Made by a program: the position numbers and the translations under genes. From Paraspadella gotoi (lineage: Eukaryota > Animalia > Chaetognatha): 64,000 nt of DNA. Location: the NCBI GenBank assembly GCA_051294375.1, contig CM119265.1, positions 4,467,056-4,531,055 of the forward strand, in the 5' to 3' direction. This document shows positions 1 through 13,471 of the stretch, one piece after another. The notes below the pieces were generated by a model. That model had not been told where the DNA came from. It ran no database searches and saw only the letters and a program-made list of their open reading frames with translations. How positions within the stretch are numbered: the first letter of the stretch is position 1; each line of letters starts with the position of its first letter.

Positions 1-296
1 GAGAGAGAGAGGAGAGAACGAAAAGCTNNNNNNNNNNNNNNNNNNNNNNNNNGAAAAGGGGAAGTTTCTATCCGCTAAAAACGGAGATAAAAACTTCATC
101 CTCAAAATCTCCATCCATTTTCTTTTATCTTTCCTTTTCTGTAGCGAATTCTCTTCTTCATTTTTTCTATTAACGTTTTCCCCCACCTTTTTTTTATTCC
201 TTTTCTTTTCTCTCTCTTTTTCCCCTCTCTTCCACTCTTTCTTCTTTTTCCAGATGTAGAAACCATTTTTCCGTTAAAAACAATAAGTCGAAACGA

Positions 297-793
<497 letters not shown>

Positions 794-3100
794 TTCCCGC
801 GGGCGCTCAATCTTGTTCCGACCAAAATATGTCTCAGCTAAAAAAACGATGAATTTTAATTAAGTTTTTTACTCAAAGTTTTTTGCTCACGTTTCCCGGT
901 GAATAGAAAGCCCATTAAAGTTTTGTCGTAGCCGTAGAGCTGGAGAGGAGAGGGTCGGATTAGTTTTTCAGATATCTCCTATTTATACCCTGTATATTCA
1001 TTGTAATTTGAAAAACATTATATGATATAGGGTATTCCACAAAAATTTTAAAAATACTTTTTTCTTAATTCGATTCTTTTAAACCTTGCATTAAGCCTAA
1101 CGAAATGTACATATGTGCTCTTTTAGGCGTTTGGGCCAGAGAAGGTAAATTTTGCAACTTATTGAACTCAAACTAGGACTAAGCGTACAAAGTCAAATAT
1201 AATAATTATAATAGTAATGAAATTGGTACAACCAATATAATAAACAATGTAATAATAATTAATTAAGGCAATTTTTTTCAAATTTTCTCCGCGACACAAA
1301 CCACGTTATATAGCAAGACTCTCTCCATCTCTCTCTATCTCCCTCTCTTCCCTTTTCTTTTCTCTTTCTAATCCTTTCTCTCCATCTCCTTGTCAAGTCG
1401 GGGTCGCGTAAAAGATTTTCATTAAGCCGATAAAAAAAAAATTAAAGCCAATAATATTTCAGAAAAAAAATAGTGGCATTTTTGAACAAATAAAATAAGT
1501 TAGGGTTTTACTAGAATACCGGGATAAAGCAGGCAGCAGAAGCTCAAAAAAAATAGAATAGCAACACCGAGGAGCAATACTAGAGAAAAACAAAAATTAG
1601 AATCGGAAGGGCTAAAAAGACACAATCCATAATTTGGAGGGTTGAGATTGCGGCGGATACGGAAAAACTCCCCGGAAAGATTGCGTCGGAGGCCACGAAG
1701 AGCGTTTTTTTTTTACGATTGTATAGTGCCGCAGTCGGGCATAAATAGAGAGAGAGAGAAAGACCGAAAGGAAGAGGAGAGAAGAGAGAGAGAAGAGAGA
1801 GAGAGACGAGCAGGACGAGGAGAGGGAAGAGAGAGACGAGAGAGAGAGGGAGAAAAGAAACTCAAAAAAATTGCAGCGGAGTGTAAACACTAAACTGCGC
1901 GAGACTCGAAGATTGGGAACCATAAAACTTCGCCCACTCCTCCACTCATCGTGACCCAGTCGGAGAAATGGGGCATGAGGATTTCAACGCCATAGTATCT
2001 CCCTAATTTTGTATTGTTATTTTAATAAGTACCTTTCCATTCGAAGTGCTTTATATTCATATTTAGGCTGTATTGAGGGACTACTGGTATCGTATTTATT
2101 CTGCGAAAGTATTTGTTTTCGGACGATAAAAAACCAAAGCAAAAAAAAAAAAAATTCCTCCAAAAAAATGACGCGAAATAACGACTCCCGCGTTTCCTCA
2201 AAGTCACCGAGGAAAGTAATAAAAGAGAAAACAAGGACAAACAACAAATCTTAACGATGTTCTAGACGTCTTCTTTACTACCCTCCATTTCCGGAACGGC
2301 TTCGTTAAAATATTCCCCATTTCCGTTCTCTCTTTTCTTGGTTTTTTTTTTAGCGGGGAAGGGGAAGAGAAAGCGGGAAATTTTGAAACTTGTAGTGGAC
2401 TCCGGGGCTCCGTCGCACGTGATTACCGAACCGCGAAGGAAACAAAGGGAGACAATGACGTTATCATGTAATCTCGAAAGGGCAATCCAACAAGGATCGC
2501 TTTTACCATAGAAAATTTCCTTTTTTTTCATGATAAACACAATAACTTGGTAAACAACCACCCAACAAGACTCCTGCGCATGGATCAATAATTCAGTTCA
2601 ATCTTCGCTCGAAAACTCCGCTTTGACTACTTTCTCTACGACAGGATACAAAAGCATTTCTTATATATTTACTTTATGCCATACTTCTTGCAATCCATAC
2701 CGCTTTTAATGCGGCAACGGCTTGCGGCAAACGACGTCGCAACCTAATTTAGAAACCGCGGGAGAAATGGAGCCGCGGGTTCCCTCTCCGCGTATCCAGA
2801 GATGCTGGTCCCTCCCCTCTTCAAAAAAAGGACGAAAAAGTACCTTTTTTTTTCTGTTTCACATCTCGTTCACAAGAAAAAAAACTTGGCAAGCTTCGAT
2901 TAAGCGCTCCTTGTTTTTTTGTTTTTTTTTGGCGTCGCCGAGGCCTCAAGGCGTTGGAGCGAGTCGAAGGCGTTACGGAGTTACGCTCTTTCGTCTATTT
3001 GCCTTCTTTCGTTTTCTTTTCTCCTCGGGACTCGAAACCACTTTACGACGTCGCCTTCGTTGCCGACGCTGATCGACATCGGCTCTCATATTCCTTTTTC

Positions 3101-3375
3101 CTTTTTCGAACCGCCTTTCTCTAATTTGTGATCTCCTTCATTTCCTTCTCCCTTTCCTTACTTTCCTCCTCTTTTTCTCTGATTTCCGATTTCCCTTAAT
3201 TTCCTTTCATCCTTTTCCTTATTTTCCTTTTTCCTTTTTCGAACTGCCATTCTCTAAATTGTGATCGCCTTCATTTCCTTCTCCCTTTCCTTACTTTCGT
3301 TTTTTCCTCCTCTTTTTCTCTGATTCCCGATTTCCCTTAATTTCCTTTCCTCCTTTTCCTTATTTTCCTTTTTCT
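3101..3375. repeat. ~135-bp tandem duplication (2 diverged copies)
   Basis: ctttttcgaac..ctctaa.ttgtgatc.ccttcatttccttctccctttccttactttc occurs at ~3101 and ~3234. Confidence 0.75.
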
Positions 3376-4588
3376 TTTTTTTTTTCCTCAAATATTTTTT
3401 TTCTCGTTCCGCTTGGAATCCTTTTATCCGCGATTCGCTCTCGGTTTTTATCTCTGCCTCCATCTCTCGCATTCATTAATAATGCGTTTTTAATTCTTTC
3501 CAATTTTTTTTTTCATTATATTTAATTTTTTTTATTAAACAGGTATTTTCATTCTTTCGTCGTAACTTATTTTTTTTCTTCCTGAAATCTAATTCGTTAT
3601 CTTTTAGCAACTTATCTCTACAACTCTTTTTTCCACCTTTAGGTTTTGTTTCAATCTTTTTGCATATATTTTCTTTACGTATTCCGATGTATACTATTTT
3701 CTCTCTTCAATTTTTCTATTCTAACCGTTTTTTTTTCTATACTTCCCTTCTCTTACCCCCTTCTTTCTTTTTTTTTTCTGTTGGGAAAAGGCTCATTTTT
3801 CAGTCTCGGCGTTTTGGCCTCTTCGTCTTCCGAGAGGCCACCGCCTCGTGCCAGGCGCTACCAGGCGCTGCCAGATGCAGCCAGATGCAGTCGCGGTGAA
3901 AAGAGGAAATTATGACCCCAACTTTTCGATGAATGCGAAAAATTTATGCCGACGTTCAAAAAAATAGCTTTAAGCCACCCCGGCAATATCCGAAATACAC
4001 AGAGGAAAAACAGAATCAGAAAACGTGGGTTTGGTTCATACATTTATTCAAACCAAGTTTGGGAAAATTTTTATTATCATCATATTATTATATTATTTTA
4101 TTATCTATTAGTGTATGTATGCTAAACGGATGAAAGAAATATTTAACGGTGGGTTATATTAAAAGCCACTTGCATCGAAATTCCATATAGTTTTCAATAA
4201 GTGTATCTTGAACAAATTAAAATATTAAATTTGGTTTTTTCTCTATTTTTTTCTTTTATTTTTAAAATAAAAAAAACAATTTAATAGTATAATTAATATA
4301 TTTAATAGAATCAATAATAGAACCGAACCTGATAAAACTACGCTTTTTGTTTTATTTTTCCTACTTTTAGCTCTCGAGGTAAATTGCTCCCTCACCCTGT
4401 TGGAAGTAAAAACAAAAGGCGTCTCACTGAGACTCTCAGTAAAGTAAATAATAAACATACTCTCCGATCTCTCTTCCTGCAGGAATTTTGAGTTTCATAC
4501 TCCCATCATCGTATAAATAAATAATAAATAATTAATAAATAATAAATATAAATAATTAACATTCTCTCCGATCTCTTTCCCCGCGCAG

Positions 4589-4719
4589 GAATTTTGAGTT
4601 CCATTCTCCCATCATCGTCGCGAGATTACCCTCGGACTCGACTCTGTCCGCGCGACTCTTGCTCCTGGGGAGACGTCGTGAATGTCAAGGACAGATATCT
4701 CTACGCCACGCAACCCGAA
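4589..4719 (+). CDS. FSTL5: Follistatin-related protein 4/5-like, internal exon (start of beta-propeller region); upstream exons not found in this window
   Basis: Acceptor ccgcgcag|, donor |gtgaga. Translates ...RLCPRDSCSWGDVVNVKDRYLYATQPE, resembling FSTL4/5 'CQWVSAVNVRNRYIYVAQP' as recalled. FSTL4 versus FSTL5 cannot be distinguished. Confidence 0.88.
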
Positions 4720-4838
4720 GTGAGATTTTAGACGAACATTGTTTATTTTGCTCATAAAATCAGATAAAACAGACGCGTTAAATTTAATTTATATTTATAT
4801 TGTATTATTGATTTATTATTTATTTATTAATTAATCAG

Positions 4839-4921
4839 GACAACCGAATTGTCGTGATCGACATTCGCGATCAAGTCGTCGTTGAATCCATCGCGACGGA
4901 CGCCGTCCCCGTCAAATTATG
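4839..4921 (+). CDS. FSTL5: FSTL4/5-like internal exon
   Basis: ttaatcag|GAC...TTATG|gtgatt. Translates DNRIVVIDIRDQVVVESIATDAVPVKL(W), in phase with the flanking exons. Confidence 0.9.
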
Positions 4922-5006
4922 GTGATTAACATACTAATACAATATATTGGTATACAACTATACATGAATTAACATCGATTATTCGAAAAATATAATTTTC
5001 TTTCAG

Positions 5007-5082
5007 GTACATCGAGCACTTGGATCAAATCTGGGTTCTGTGTTGGGGATCGATGAATGACGTTGGATCCAAAACTTTGCAG
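5007..5082 (+). CDS. FSTL5: FSTL4/5-like internal exon
   Basis: tttcag|...TTGCAG|gttaaa. Translates YIEHLDQIWVLCWGSMNDVGSKTLQ, matching the FSTL4/5 'DQVWVLSWG..LQ' motif. Confidence 0.9.
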
Positions 5083-5297
5083 GTTAAAAAAAAAATATGT
5101 ATAACTAGGAAAATTCATTTTTAAAGTTTATTAATCTTTATTAATTGCTATTTATTATATTAATTATATGAAATTGGTACAACTCATTTTATAAATAAGC
5201 TATCTAGCCCCTGACTTAATTATATTATACATCATATTATATCAATAATATATTTCTTAATTGCTTAAGTTTCCACACCACCTCCACAAAATGACAG

Positions 5298-5453
5298 GTT
5301 ATTCGTGAGGCGTCCACATCGGACGTTCACAACCCGGTTCACACTCAGCCAGTCGGAAACCAGTTCGACCTCATCCAAAACGCGTTTTTGCCCGGAAGCA
5401 ATGACTTCCGTTATCCTTACCAATACGGATACGTCATGCACTCTGGACAAGAG
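5298..5453 (+). CDS. FSTL5: FSTL4/5-like internal exon
   Basis: atgacag|GTT...GAG|gtaagg. Translates VIREASTSDVHNPVHTQPVGNQFDLIQNAFLPGSNDFRYPYQYGYVMHSGQE. Confidence 0.88.
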
Positions 5454-6023
5454 GTAAGGGATGTAATTTGGTTTCTGTTAAAGGTTGAATGTTGGTTTTC
5501 CCAGAAATTAGGTAGAGACTAAGTGACGTCCAAAGGATGAATTTTTTTTTTTAATACGAACGTATATTTTTTCAATAACAGTTAAAAATTACTTTGTCAA
5601 ACACAATTATAAAAAATGAATAATCAGATCACGAATCAATAATAATGGTCTGCGAATCTCATTGATACCAAAACTAAAATGGTTAATATACATTATACAA
5701 TTGCCATAAGCGAACAACAATATTCTTTAATTCCACAATTCAACACCATCGTGGTTCAAGCACCATTTGCCCATCTTACTCGCTGAATTAATTATATTTG
5801 TAATTTATTTCTTTTTAATTCTCCGATGTATTTTGATTCTTGCTAGTTAATATAATAATGGCATTAGATATTTCTGTCAAATTTCATAATATCTAAATGG
5901 GTACAATATTTAAATGAAAGCTCGAAAAAATATTTTGTTATCATTAACCTTATTCATCCAATGGATAATTATTTTTTTTTAAACTTCAATATGCAAATGT
6001 CTTTAATCGTCTCTTTCCTTCAG

Positions 6024-6206
6024 GGTCTGATGAAGCTGCACCTGGAAACGATGAAGTACGTGGAGACGATCGACCTGAAGGCGTTCAACTGCGTCCCCAA
6101 GACGCTCGACTTCTCCCCTCTCGGCGGCGCCGTCTTCATCCAGTGCGCCGACGCCAGCATCCGCAGCCAACACTTCCAGATCGTCATGGACATGATCACT
6201 TCTCAG
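6024..6206 (+). CDS. FSTL5: FSTL4/5-like internal exon
   Basis: tttccttcag|GGT...TCTCAG|gtgaat. Translates GLMKLHLETMKYVETIDLKAFNCVPKTLDFSPLGGAVFIQC...DMITSQ (compare FSTL4/5 'KVDLETM..GCVP..LGGYFFIQC'). Confidence 0.92.
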
Positions 6207-6567
6207 GTGAATGGAGAGAAGCTGACGGCGACATTTTATTATCAAACAATGAAAATAAAAACAATGAATGATGAGACTAAAAAGGGAAGAGAGGGAAAAA
6301 GGTCGAAAACATCTTTGTTTTTGACGTTCGGCCAATTTCGTCCATATTATATTTAATGACGTGAATTGTTCGTTTTCGCTCGGGCTATGGTTGTCGTCTT
6401 CGGCAAGTTGTGTTGTTTACCGAAAGGACAAGGGATCACAGGTTAGTCGCATGGGCAATTGGGCATTGGGAAAATTCCCGCTCCTAAGGACGTTTTTATC
6501 ATCGGCATTTTCATGTTTTTGATGATAAATATACGATTATATAAGTTGTATAAGTTTGAGTCCATGT

Positions 6568-7323
6568 CTAAAAAATCGTCTCCTCATCGTTTCCGTCGAC
6601 GCTGACGACGCGAACGACGGTCGTCGCCGGTAGATGGAGACGCGTCCAGTCGGCGCCGTTGAGCGTCGCCACCGTTTGGCGCCTATTCAACAGCGCCGCC
6701 TCGACGTGGACTAAGATACGGGCGCTGCGTTTGTAAAAAAAAAAAAAATGACATCGACGACGTTACTTCGGAGGACTCGTTTAATTAATGAATGGAATTA
6801 ATTCAATGCCATTGTTTAAATTCAAATTTAAAATTGAAATATTACTTGAGTAAATTTTTATAAATTAATTCATAAGTTAAAGGACGGTGCCCCCAACCAA
6901 TCTCACTCTCTCTCACCGATGCCACAAATAAAGCGGCGCTCGATTCCCGTCGAGCAACGAGGATCTTCGGAGGTCGACGCGACCCAGTTGAGAGAAGATT
7001 CGATGAAGCTTCGGCAGCGTCACGCCCACCGACGAATCCGCTACGAAGAATTCCACGAGATGGTGCTGGGGAGACGTTGTCGGCGACGAACAGCTAATTT
7101 TCGATGCAGTCATTGTTGCGGTTGCTGTATTGTCGGCACATTTTCCTACATTTTGCGACGCGGTGTTCTGATTAACTGGAATTATTTTTTCATCCTGAGA
7201 AATCGATTCTGATCTGGTCGGTCTAATTAACTGCGGAACGGATTCGTCGTTGATTGTTTCTGATTGTTTCCTTGCTTTCGTCGATACAACAGGATATAGT
7301 TTTAATCTTTTTTTGCTAAAACA

Positions 7324-7356
<33 letters not shown>

Positions 7357-8049
7357 TTTGTTTTGATTCTTTCTCTTCCGACTTTCCTCGCTCCCTCGAA
7401 ATGGCGCATTTTCTTTCGTCGCCGACTCGATCTCGTCAACGTTGTCCTCTGAACTCTCATCTCTATTCCCTTTTAATTCAAAGTCCTTCAGCGAGTCGGC
7501 ATCCTCGTGGATTTTAAATCCGAAGTCATTTAGTTTTCCGTTATCATTGTTTTTCAAATCTTCATCGGGAAGTACACCGACTTCTTTCTCGACAATCGAA
7601 TTCTTTTCTTCTTTCATCCGCTCGTTTTTCGTATTTTCCAACTCGACCGTCTCGTTGTCCTCGAAATCTGTTTCTTCTTTCCATCTTTCGTCCTCAGTGA
7701 GGAATTTGTCATCGACGAAGTTGGACAAATCTTCACCTTCGTTCGCCAGTAGCATGAGATCAATGTTGTCTTCCTCCTCCGATTTTCGATCGCTGATCGA
7801 ATCACTATGATTGTCCCCATACTTTCTATTAGTCGGACAATTTCTTAAACCATCGTCGTTGACCACAGTTTGAGTCGATCCGTTCTTTTTTTCGGCGTCA
7901 AAATTCGTTTGCGTCGCCGCGTCGGCCATTTTGTATTTCCGCCGGCGTGGCGATCGTGGCGACAAATTTTTCTGTAAATCGCATAACTGGTCCAGTGCCG
8001 CGGTCAACGCCAAAGTCATGAGCTGCAGCCGTCTCATGGCGTCTTCCAT
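6568..8049 (-). CDS. Nested gene A: uncharacterised 429-aa protein with N-terminal helix, acidic low-complexity middle and C-terminal RRM-like domain; complement(join(6568..6724,6917..8049))
   Basis: The 378-aa ORF ends at a donor (CG|gtgaga). Acceptor ttttacaaacgcag| gives an in-frame exon 2, RARILVHVEAALLNRRQTVATLNGADWTRLHLPATTVVRVVSVDG..*. Spliced length 1290 nt is divisible by 3. Confidence 0.8.
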
Positions 8050-8743
8050 TGTTTTGTTAAATTAAACAGTAAAAATTAACAAGAAAACTGTTATTTTGTG
8101 GCAGTAACCACACACAACCTTCTGTGACCCTGCGGAACTGGGCCTCGTTGAATATTAATGAGATAATTAGAAATATTTCTCTTCTTAAAATTAAATAAAC
8201 TGAACTCGAAAGGTTTTTTGGGACAGTAGGACCTAAAGAGAGAGAGAGAGAGAGCGACTCACAGAGGAGAATAGATTAGAAGACACGATACCTGTTACAT
8301 CATAATTTATGATTCAGGTGCAAATTTTCTCATCGATCTTTAATTAATAAACCTATTTGTATTACAAGCCTTTTCTTCTATATGTCTCTCCAAATCGCCA
8401 GATTTCTGTTTCCCAAAGGACTCTCGATTTCCGGTGATTCCGTCCAAAGGTTGATCAAGAGTGGGAAGAGGAAAGAGTGGGGAAGTTATCGAACGTTTAG
8501 ATTTACACCAAAGAAATTTAAGAAAATTTCTGCGAGTTTTTGAGCGGGAAAACAAATGGTAGAATAGATATTTGGATATTTGGATATTTTTTTTTCGAGT
8601 ATGAAAATCGTAAGCTCAAATTAAAGTTAGTTTTAATAAACAAAAAGTAAAAAACAAACAGAAATATCACTCTTAGATAACAAAACATTTAAATAATGAA
8701 AAACTTGGAAAAAGAAAAAAACCCGATTCGGTAAAGCCAAAAG

Positions 8744-10032
8744 TTATTCTTTCAAATTTTCTTGTTGATATCTTTTTTTGAGTTTCTTAGAGGATTCCAA
8801 ATATTTCGCGAGCATTGCTGATGGCGCTGATATTTGTTCCTTCGATGTTCCTGGCGTCTTAGTTGTCGTTGTTGTCTTGGTTGAGCTTGGTATTGATGTC
8901 TTTATTCTTCGGTTGTCAACGGCAAAAACTTTCATGGTCGAATTGGGTCCCACGTTTGTTTTTAACCAGGTGAAGGCCGCTTTCGACGACATTGCTGCCA
9001 ACACGGACGACAAGGACCAATGCTCGATCCTGACGAACATTTTAGCGCTGAGGAACAAAAAGGGGGAAAAAAATTGTTCTATTATCCAATCATTGAATGA
9101 GACTAGTTTCGACCTGTTCTAATTATTTAAGATCTTGTGAACATCCTGAGGCCGTATATCCTAATCCAATAAAAAGTCCGTTGGAAAAGTTAGTTCAGTG
9201 GCAGGGGGCGCCACTGATGGTCGGAAGTCCCAAACGCTAAAAGGTGAGCTGCCCCACTCTGCTGAGCATCACAGGTTACAATAATTGTCCAATTTACACA
9301 AAACTTATCATATTATACCATTTACACTTAAACCTATAAAATATGAGGTTGATAACATTCCTAATTTAGTATTTAACTCTCCTCTCTTACTGAAACTAGT
9401 AAGTTCCGAGGAGGTAAGCAACGACCATCGAAAAAACCCGAAGCTGCTCTCCCGCTACTCACCCTTACTTACCCCAAACGAAGACGACCGTGTTTCCCAA
9501 TCGTGAGTCTGGATCGACGCGAATCGAGTTCCCCCCATTTTTCGAATGCTATTTTCAATTTCAACATCGAGACGTCGAGCGGCAAATCGGCGAGGCGAAT
9601 CTCGAGGAGATTTCGTCGAGACGGCGCCGACTGAGGTAGCGCCGGAGTCTTTGACGAAGATGTTCGCCCCGAAGATTCGCGCCGGTTTCGCGACGTCGCT
9701 TCGGCGTCGTTGGACGGATTTTCAAGCTCGGCGTCGCCTCTTCTTCGTTTGGCGCCGTCGGCGTCATCGTTGGGCGTCGCGGAAGCGGATTTTCTTTTCC
9801 GTTTTCTATCTCTCCGCTTCTCGATCTCGACTTCCGGTTTTGAATCCACGCGTTTGAAGTCTTCGTATTTTTTCGTCTCCTCTGCGACGAGGTCGTCCTT
9901 GTCGTTGGCGTAAAGGCCTTCGATTCGCGACGCACAGGCGGCGCATAATTTGGCGTGCGCGGCGCACAACTCTTGCTGCGCCTGGAAATTGGCGAGAGTG
10001 GCGAACTCGAGGCGTCGGACGATGCCCTCCAT
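8744..10032 (-). CDS. Nested gene B: uncharacterised 287-aa paralog of gene A with RRM-like domain; complement(join(8744..9047,9473..10032))
   Basis: Donor GG|gtaagt and acceptor ttgttcctcag| join two ORFs in frame (864 nt): LLEIRLADLPLDVSMLKLKIAFEKWGELD...G/AKMFVRIEHW...TMKVFAVD. Same phase-2 intron position as gene A. Basic NLS-like KRRDRKRKRK. Confidence 0.8.
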
Positions 10033-11174
10033 TGCGCTGGGACTAAGGACGATGAGGTATATGGCGAAAAGATGTGAATACTTTAATTAAACCGAGTACG
10101 TCAAGTATCCAAGGACGTGTTTGGGCGACTGCTAAAGATTATTCTTCGGAAGCAGAGCGAAGAAAACAATCCATGCGATCGAAATTGACCAAAACCGATG
10201 TCGGCCGAATTAGATCCTTGAATTTATTTTTGGTTATCGATGAAAATTATAGACGAGATTCGATCCTAGGTTAAAAATCATAAGAACNNNNNNNNNNNNN
10301 NNNNNNNNNNNNAAAAAAGAGAAGAGATGGTCATGGTACCTTACCTTCCTACCAAATATGAACTTGATGGTTGAAGTATTGAGCATTGTGATAAATTTCA
10401 TAGAGAGGCCGAGCTACCCCGGCCCCTTTTCTCTCTTTTCCCTCAACGGTCACATGACCTTTGACCTCCGGTCATTGATCTCGTCGTCTCGGGCTTCAAC
10501 GGGGTTCTTCGGTCTTGGCCGTAGCCACGAGAGATTCAACCGTTTCATCCATTCGCTTCCTATTATTGTCTCTTTTTCTGTGATCAACATATTTGCTATG
10601 GTTTGTCTCGCTTATATATATTTGTCGGACTCCCCTGAGTCGTGGTCTTCCAGAATACTGTCATAGTTTTTTTCCTCAGAAAAAAAAAATGATAAAAAGT
10701 TCAACAAGAGCCAACATCAACATTCTCAGATTTTTTTAGCGTCTTCGCCACCTCATCACAAATTTCGATCTCTTCAAACTAATACGTAATAATCAGAAAC
10801 TATTCTCAATAGAAAGAATTCTTCAGTAAACACGAAAAGCACGATCCTTAATTCATTTTTAAAGCTTTAACTTCATCTCACATCCCATCAATCATGGAAA
10901 AAGTGAAAAAAAAGTTTAAACAGCCTCGAGAAATCGAATCTTTTTTCACAGTTCTTTTAAATGAAAAAAATATTTTTTACTAAAAAAACGGCGTTTATAT
11001 TTTGAACGAAAAGATACAGCTCATTCGATGACTCACTTTTTAAAAATAAAACTTAAGTCTTAGACGTTCTGCTTCGTCTATGCATTAAAATTCCTCACTT
11101 TTTTTTCTAAATCGGTTCAACATTACAATCAAACTTGTTATTAAACTTTAAATTTCGATCGCTCGTTATCAAAA

Positions 11175-13471
11175 ATGTCGACCAAAACCCGCTCGGTTCC
11201 CTCGACCTCATGATGTCACTCCTTCATCAAGTGACGCTGGGCCTCTCTCTGACCGAATCCGGATTACTCTCGCTCGCGCAGCGACTCTGTCGACAATGTG
11301 CAGTAAATCTGATTACCGACAATGCCGGATACGATACTAGGCGGCTTACCGACGCAAGGCTGTCAAACGACGGAGAAGTGGCGACTTTCGACGCCGGAGA
11401 TTATTCCGGCGCCGAGAGAGAAACGCTTGCGCCGAAAAACGCGACCGAATCGACGCCGGTCGCAATGAATTTCGAGTCTTCTAGTTCAACGTCTAGTTCT
11501 ACGTCAATCTTGTTAAACACGACGCTTAATCAAAACAATTCAAGAGTCGAATCAAACTCATTATCGTCTCCAACTCGATCGACTCCCTCTTTTAAGACAG
11601 TTTCGAATCTAACGATCGAGTCTCAATCGAAGCCTCACAAAACGTCGTCGTCGTCATCGTCGTCATCTCATCAAATCTCATCTCCTCCATTGGGCGCCAA
11701 GACACAACGAACCGTTCCATGATTGTGGACGATCTACAACTTCTACTGCCACGGTCAACTTGATCGGTTCCGCAATTCCCGAGACGCCCCTAAATAATTC
11801 GACGAAAAACGAGGAATTTCGTCTTCGTTCGTCGTCAGAGAACGTAAACGATGTCGACGAACTTGAACGGGAGAAATCCCGGACGAGGATACAATTTTCA
11901 AAAATCAAAATTATTTTGCAGACCCTAATGCGAGAATAGATTCCGATTCTAATGAGAAGCAAGAAAACAACGAACTCGACATTTGCGATCTGTTTAAAAA
12001 TTGTTCGAAGACTAACGTAGCGGAGAAGGTAAAGGAGCCATTGCGTTGAAAGAGGAAACTTCCAACTCGTCTGAGTCCACGACGGGACCGTTGGAAACCG
12101 TCGACGACACGTGGAATTCCGAGCAGCTCCTCCGCGTACGGAGCAGCGTCGCGGCAGAGCGACTGAAGGCGGCGACGGAGGAGGTCGTGGCGTTGGAGGA
12201 GCAGTTGACGAGAGAGTTGACGAGAGGCGGGGAGATCATGCGCGAGATCGATAAGGAAAAGGAGAGAAACGAGATGCTTCTCGAAGATTTGAGAAGATTG
12301 CGAAGCCGATCCAAGGATGGCTGTGGAAGAGACGATGGGAGATGGAAGACGACGACGACAACGACGATCGCTCAGAGGATGGGATAGCGTCAAAAGGAGG
12401 AAAAGAGACGAAAGGTCCTCGGATGAAGAAAATACGACGATGAGAAGAAAAGGGGAATGGTTAAAATGAAAAGAAAAAGGATCAGATGAAGAAGAAAAGG
12501 AATAGGAATGATCGAGATAACGAGCAAAATAAAATCCACGAAGAAGATGAAAGCATTTCGTCAGAGAAACATCAAGACCGGATGACCATAACCATCGGAA
12601 ATAAAACGAAAAAGTTCGATTCTTTAGCGGATCATTCGACATCGTTCATCAATAAGCGATCTAATTTGTCAAGCAACTGGGCCTCCGACGGCCGTCCACA
12701 TTATGGATTCTCAATAATTTCAAAAAGTTCAAATCCGCCAAGGACTTTGAGTTCGACTCTTCAGCGAATCAATCGACGTCATTTATTTATAAGAGATCCA
12801 ATTCGTCCGCGACCGGCATTTGACGGATCCTCGAATAAGTTCGAACGGTCCAACTCCTTTAAGGGTCTGGTCCCTCTCATGAAGATTCCCTCAGGTCTTT
12901 CCCCACTTCTGATGCGTCTGCTTCCCTCTCCCCATTACAAACGCCGCCTAATCCCTTGCTCCGGTCGACTTTTCCAAAGTCGTTCGGCCCTGTTCGCGGC
13001 TCAGAGCGTCAGCGCAGATCGACAGTTGCATCTCGGTATTTGCGTCAATGGTAATTTGTATGTAATGTTTATGCTTAAGTAACGTGTGGTATTTTTACTT
13101 TCAGTAACGAGGCACCCTATTCCTTCTGTTGGCGCCTAACCTTCCGCGTCTTTAACCTTCCGTCCAGCGCCGACGTTTCCGGCCTGAGCGCCATCTTCTC
13201 TCGCTACGGCGTCGTGGACGCCAACGCCGCGCGAATCAGTCGCGTCCCGACGACGACGATTCCGCCGAGGCTCGCGTCGTCCTCGAGGTCGACAACTATC
13301 GCGCGGTCACGACGGCGTTGGAACGGCTCGTCGGCCAGGACGCCCCCAGCGTTTTACTATCGGGGATCGAAACCGGCAAGGGAACTTCGACTCGTTTTTG
13401 AAGGATTCAAGAAGGAACGAATAGGGAATGAAGCTTGTGGGGATCAGAGTTTGTCATTTGGACGAAAGTAG
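11175..13471 (+). pseudogene. Frameshifted mirror copy of nested gene C (pseudogene or error-prone assembly copy)
   Basis: Near-identical reverse complement of 16546-18855, broken by multiple small deletions (e.g. gccaagacac vs gccaaggacac; gatctac vs gatgctac). Confidence 0.7.

Noticed and set aside
1217-1240. Motif atgaaattggtacaac recurring at ~1217, ~5168 and ~38602
   Set aside because: Probably a fragment of a common dispersed repeat; too short to classify.
3804-3895. Candidate upstream FSTL4/5 exon
   Set aside because: Its translation bears no resemblance to the expected Ig/propeller junction; upstream exons probably lie outside the window.
9195-9217. CTCF-like motif/hairpin tcagtggcagggggcgccactga in the gene B intron
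   Set aside because: A single short motif match cannot be supported without ChIP or conservation data.
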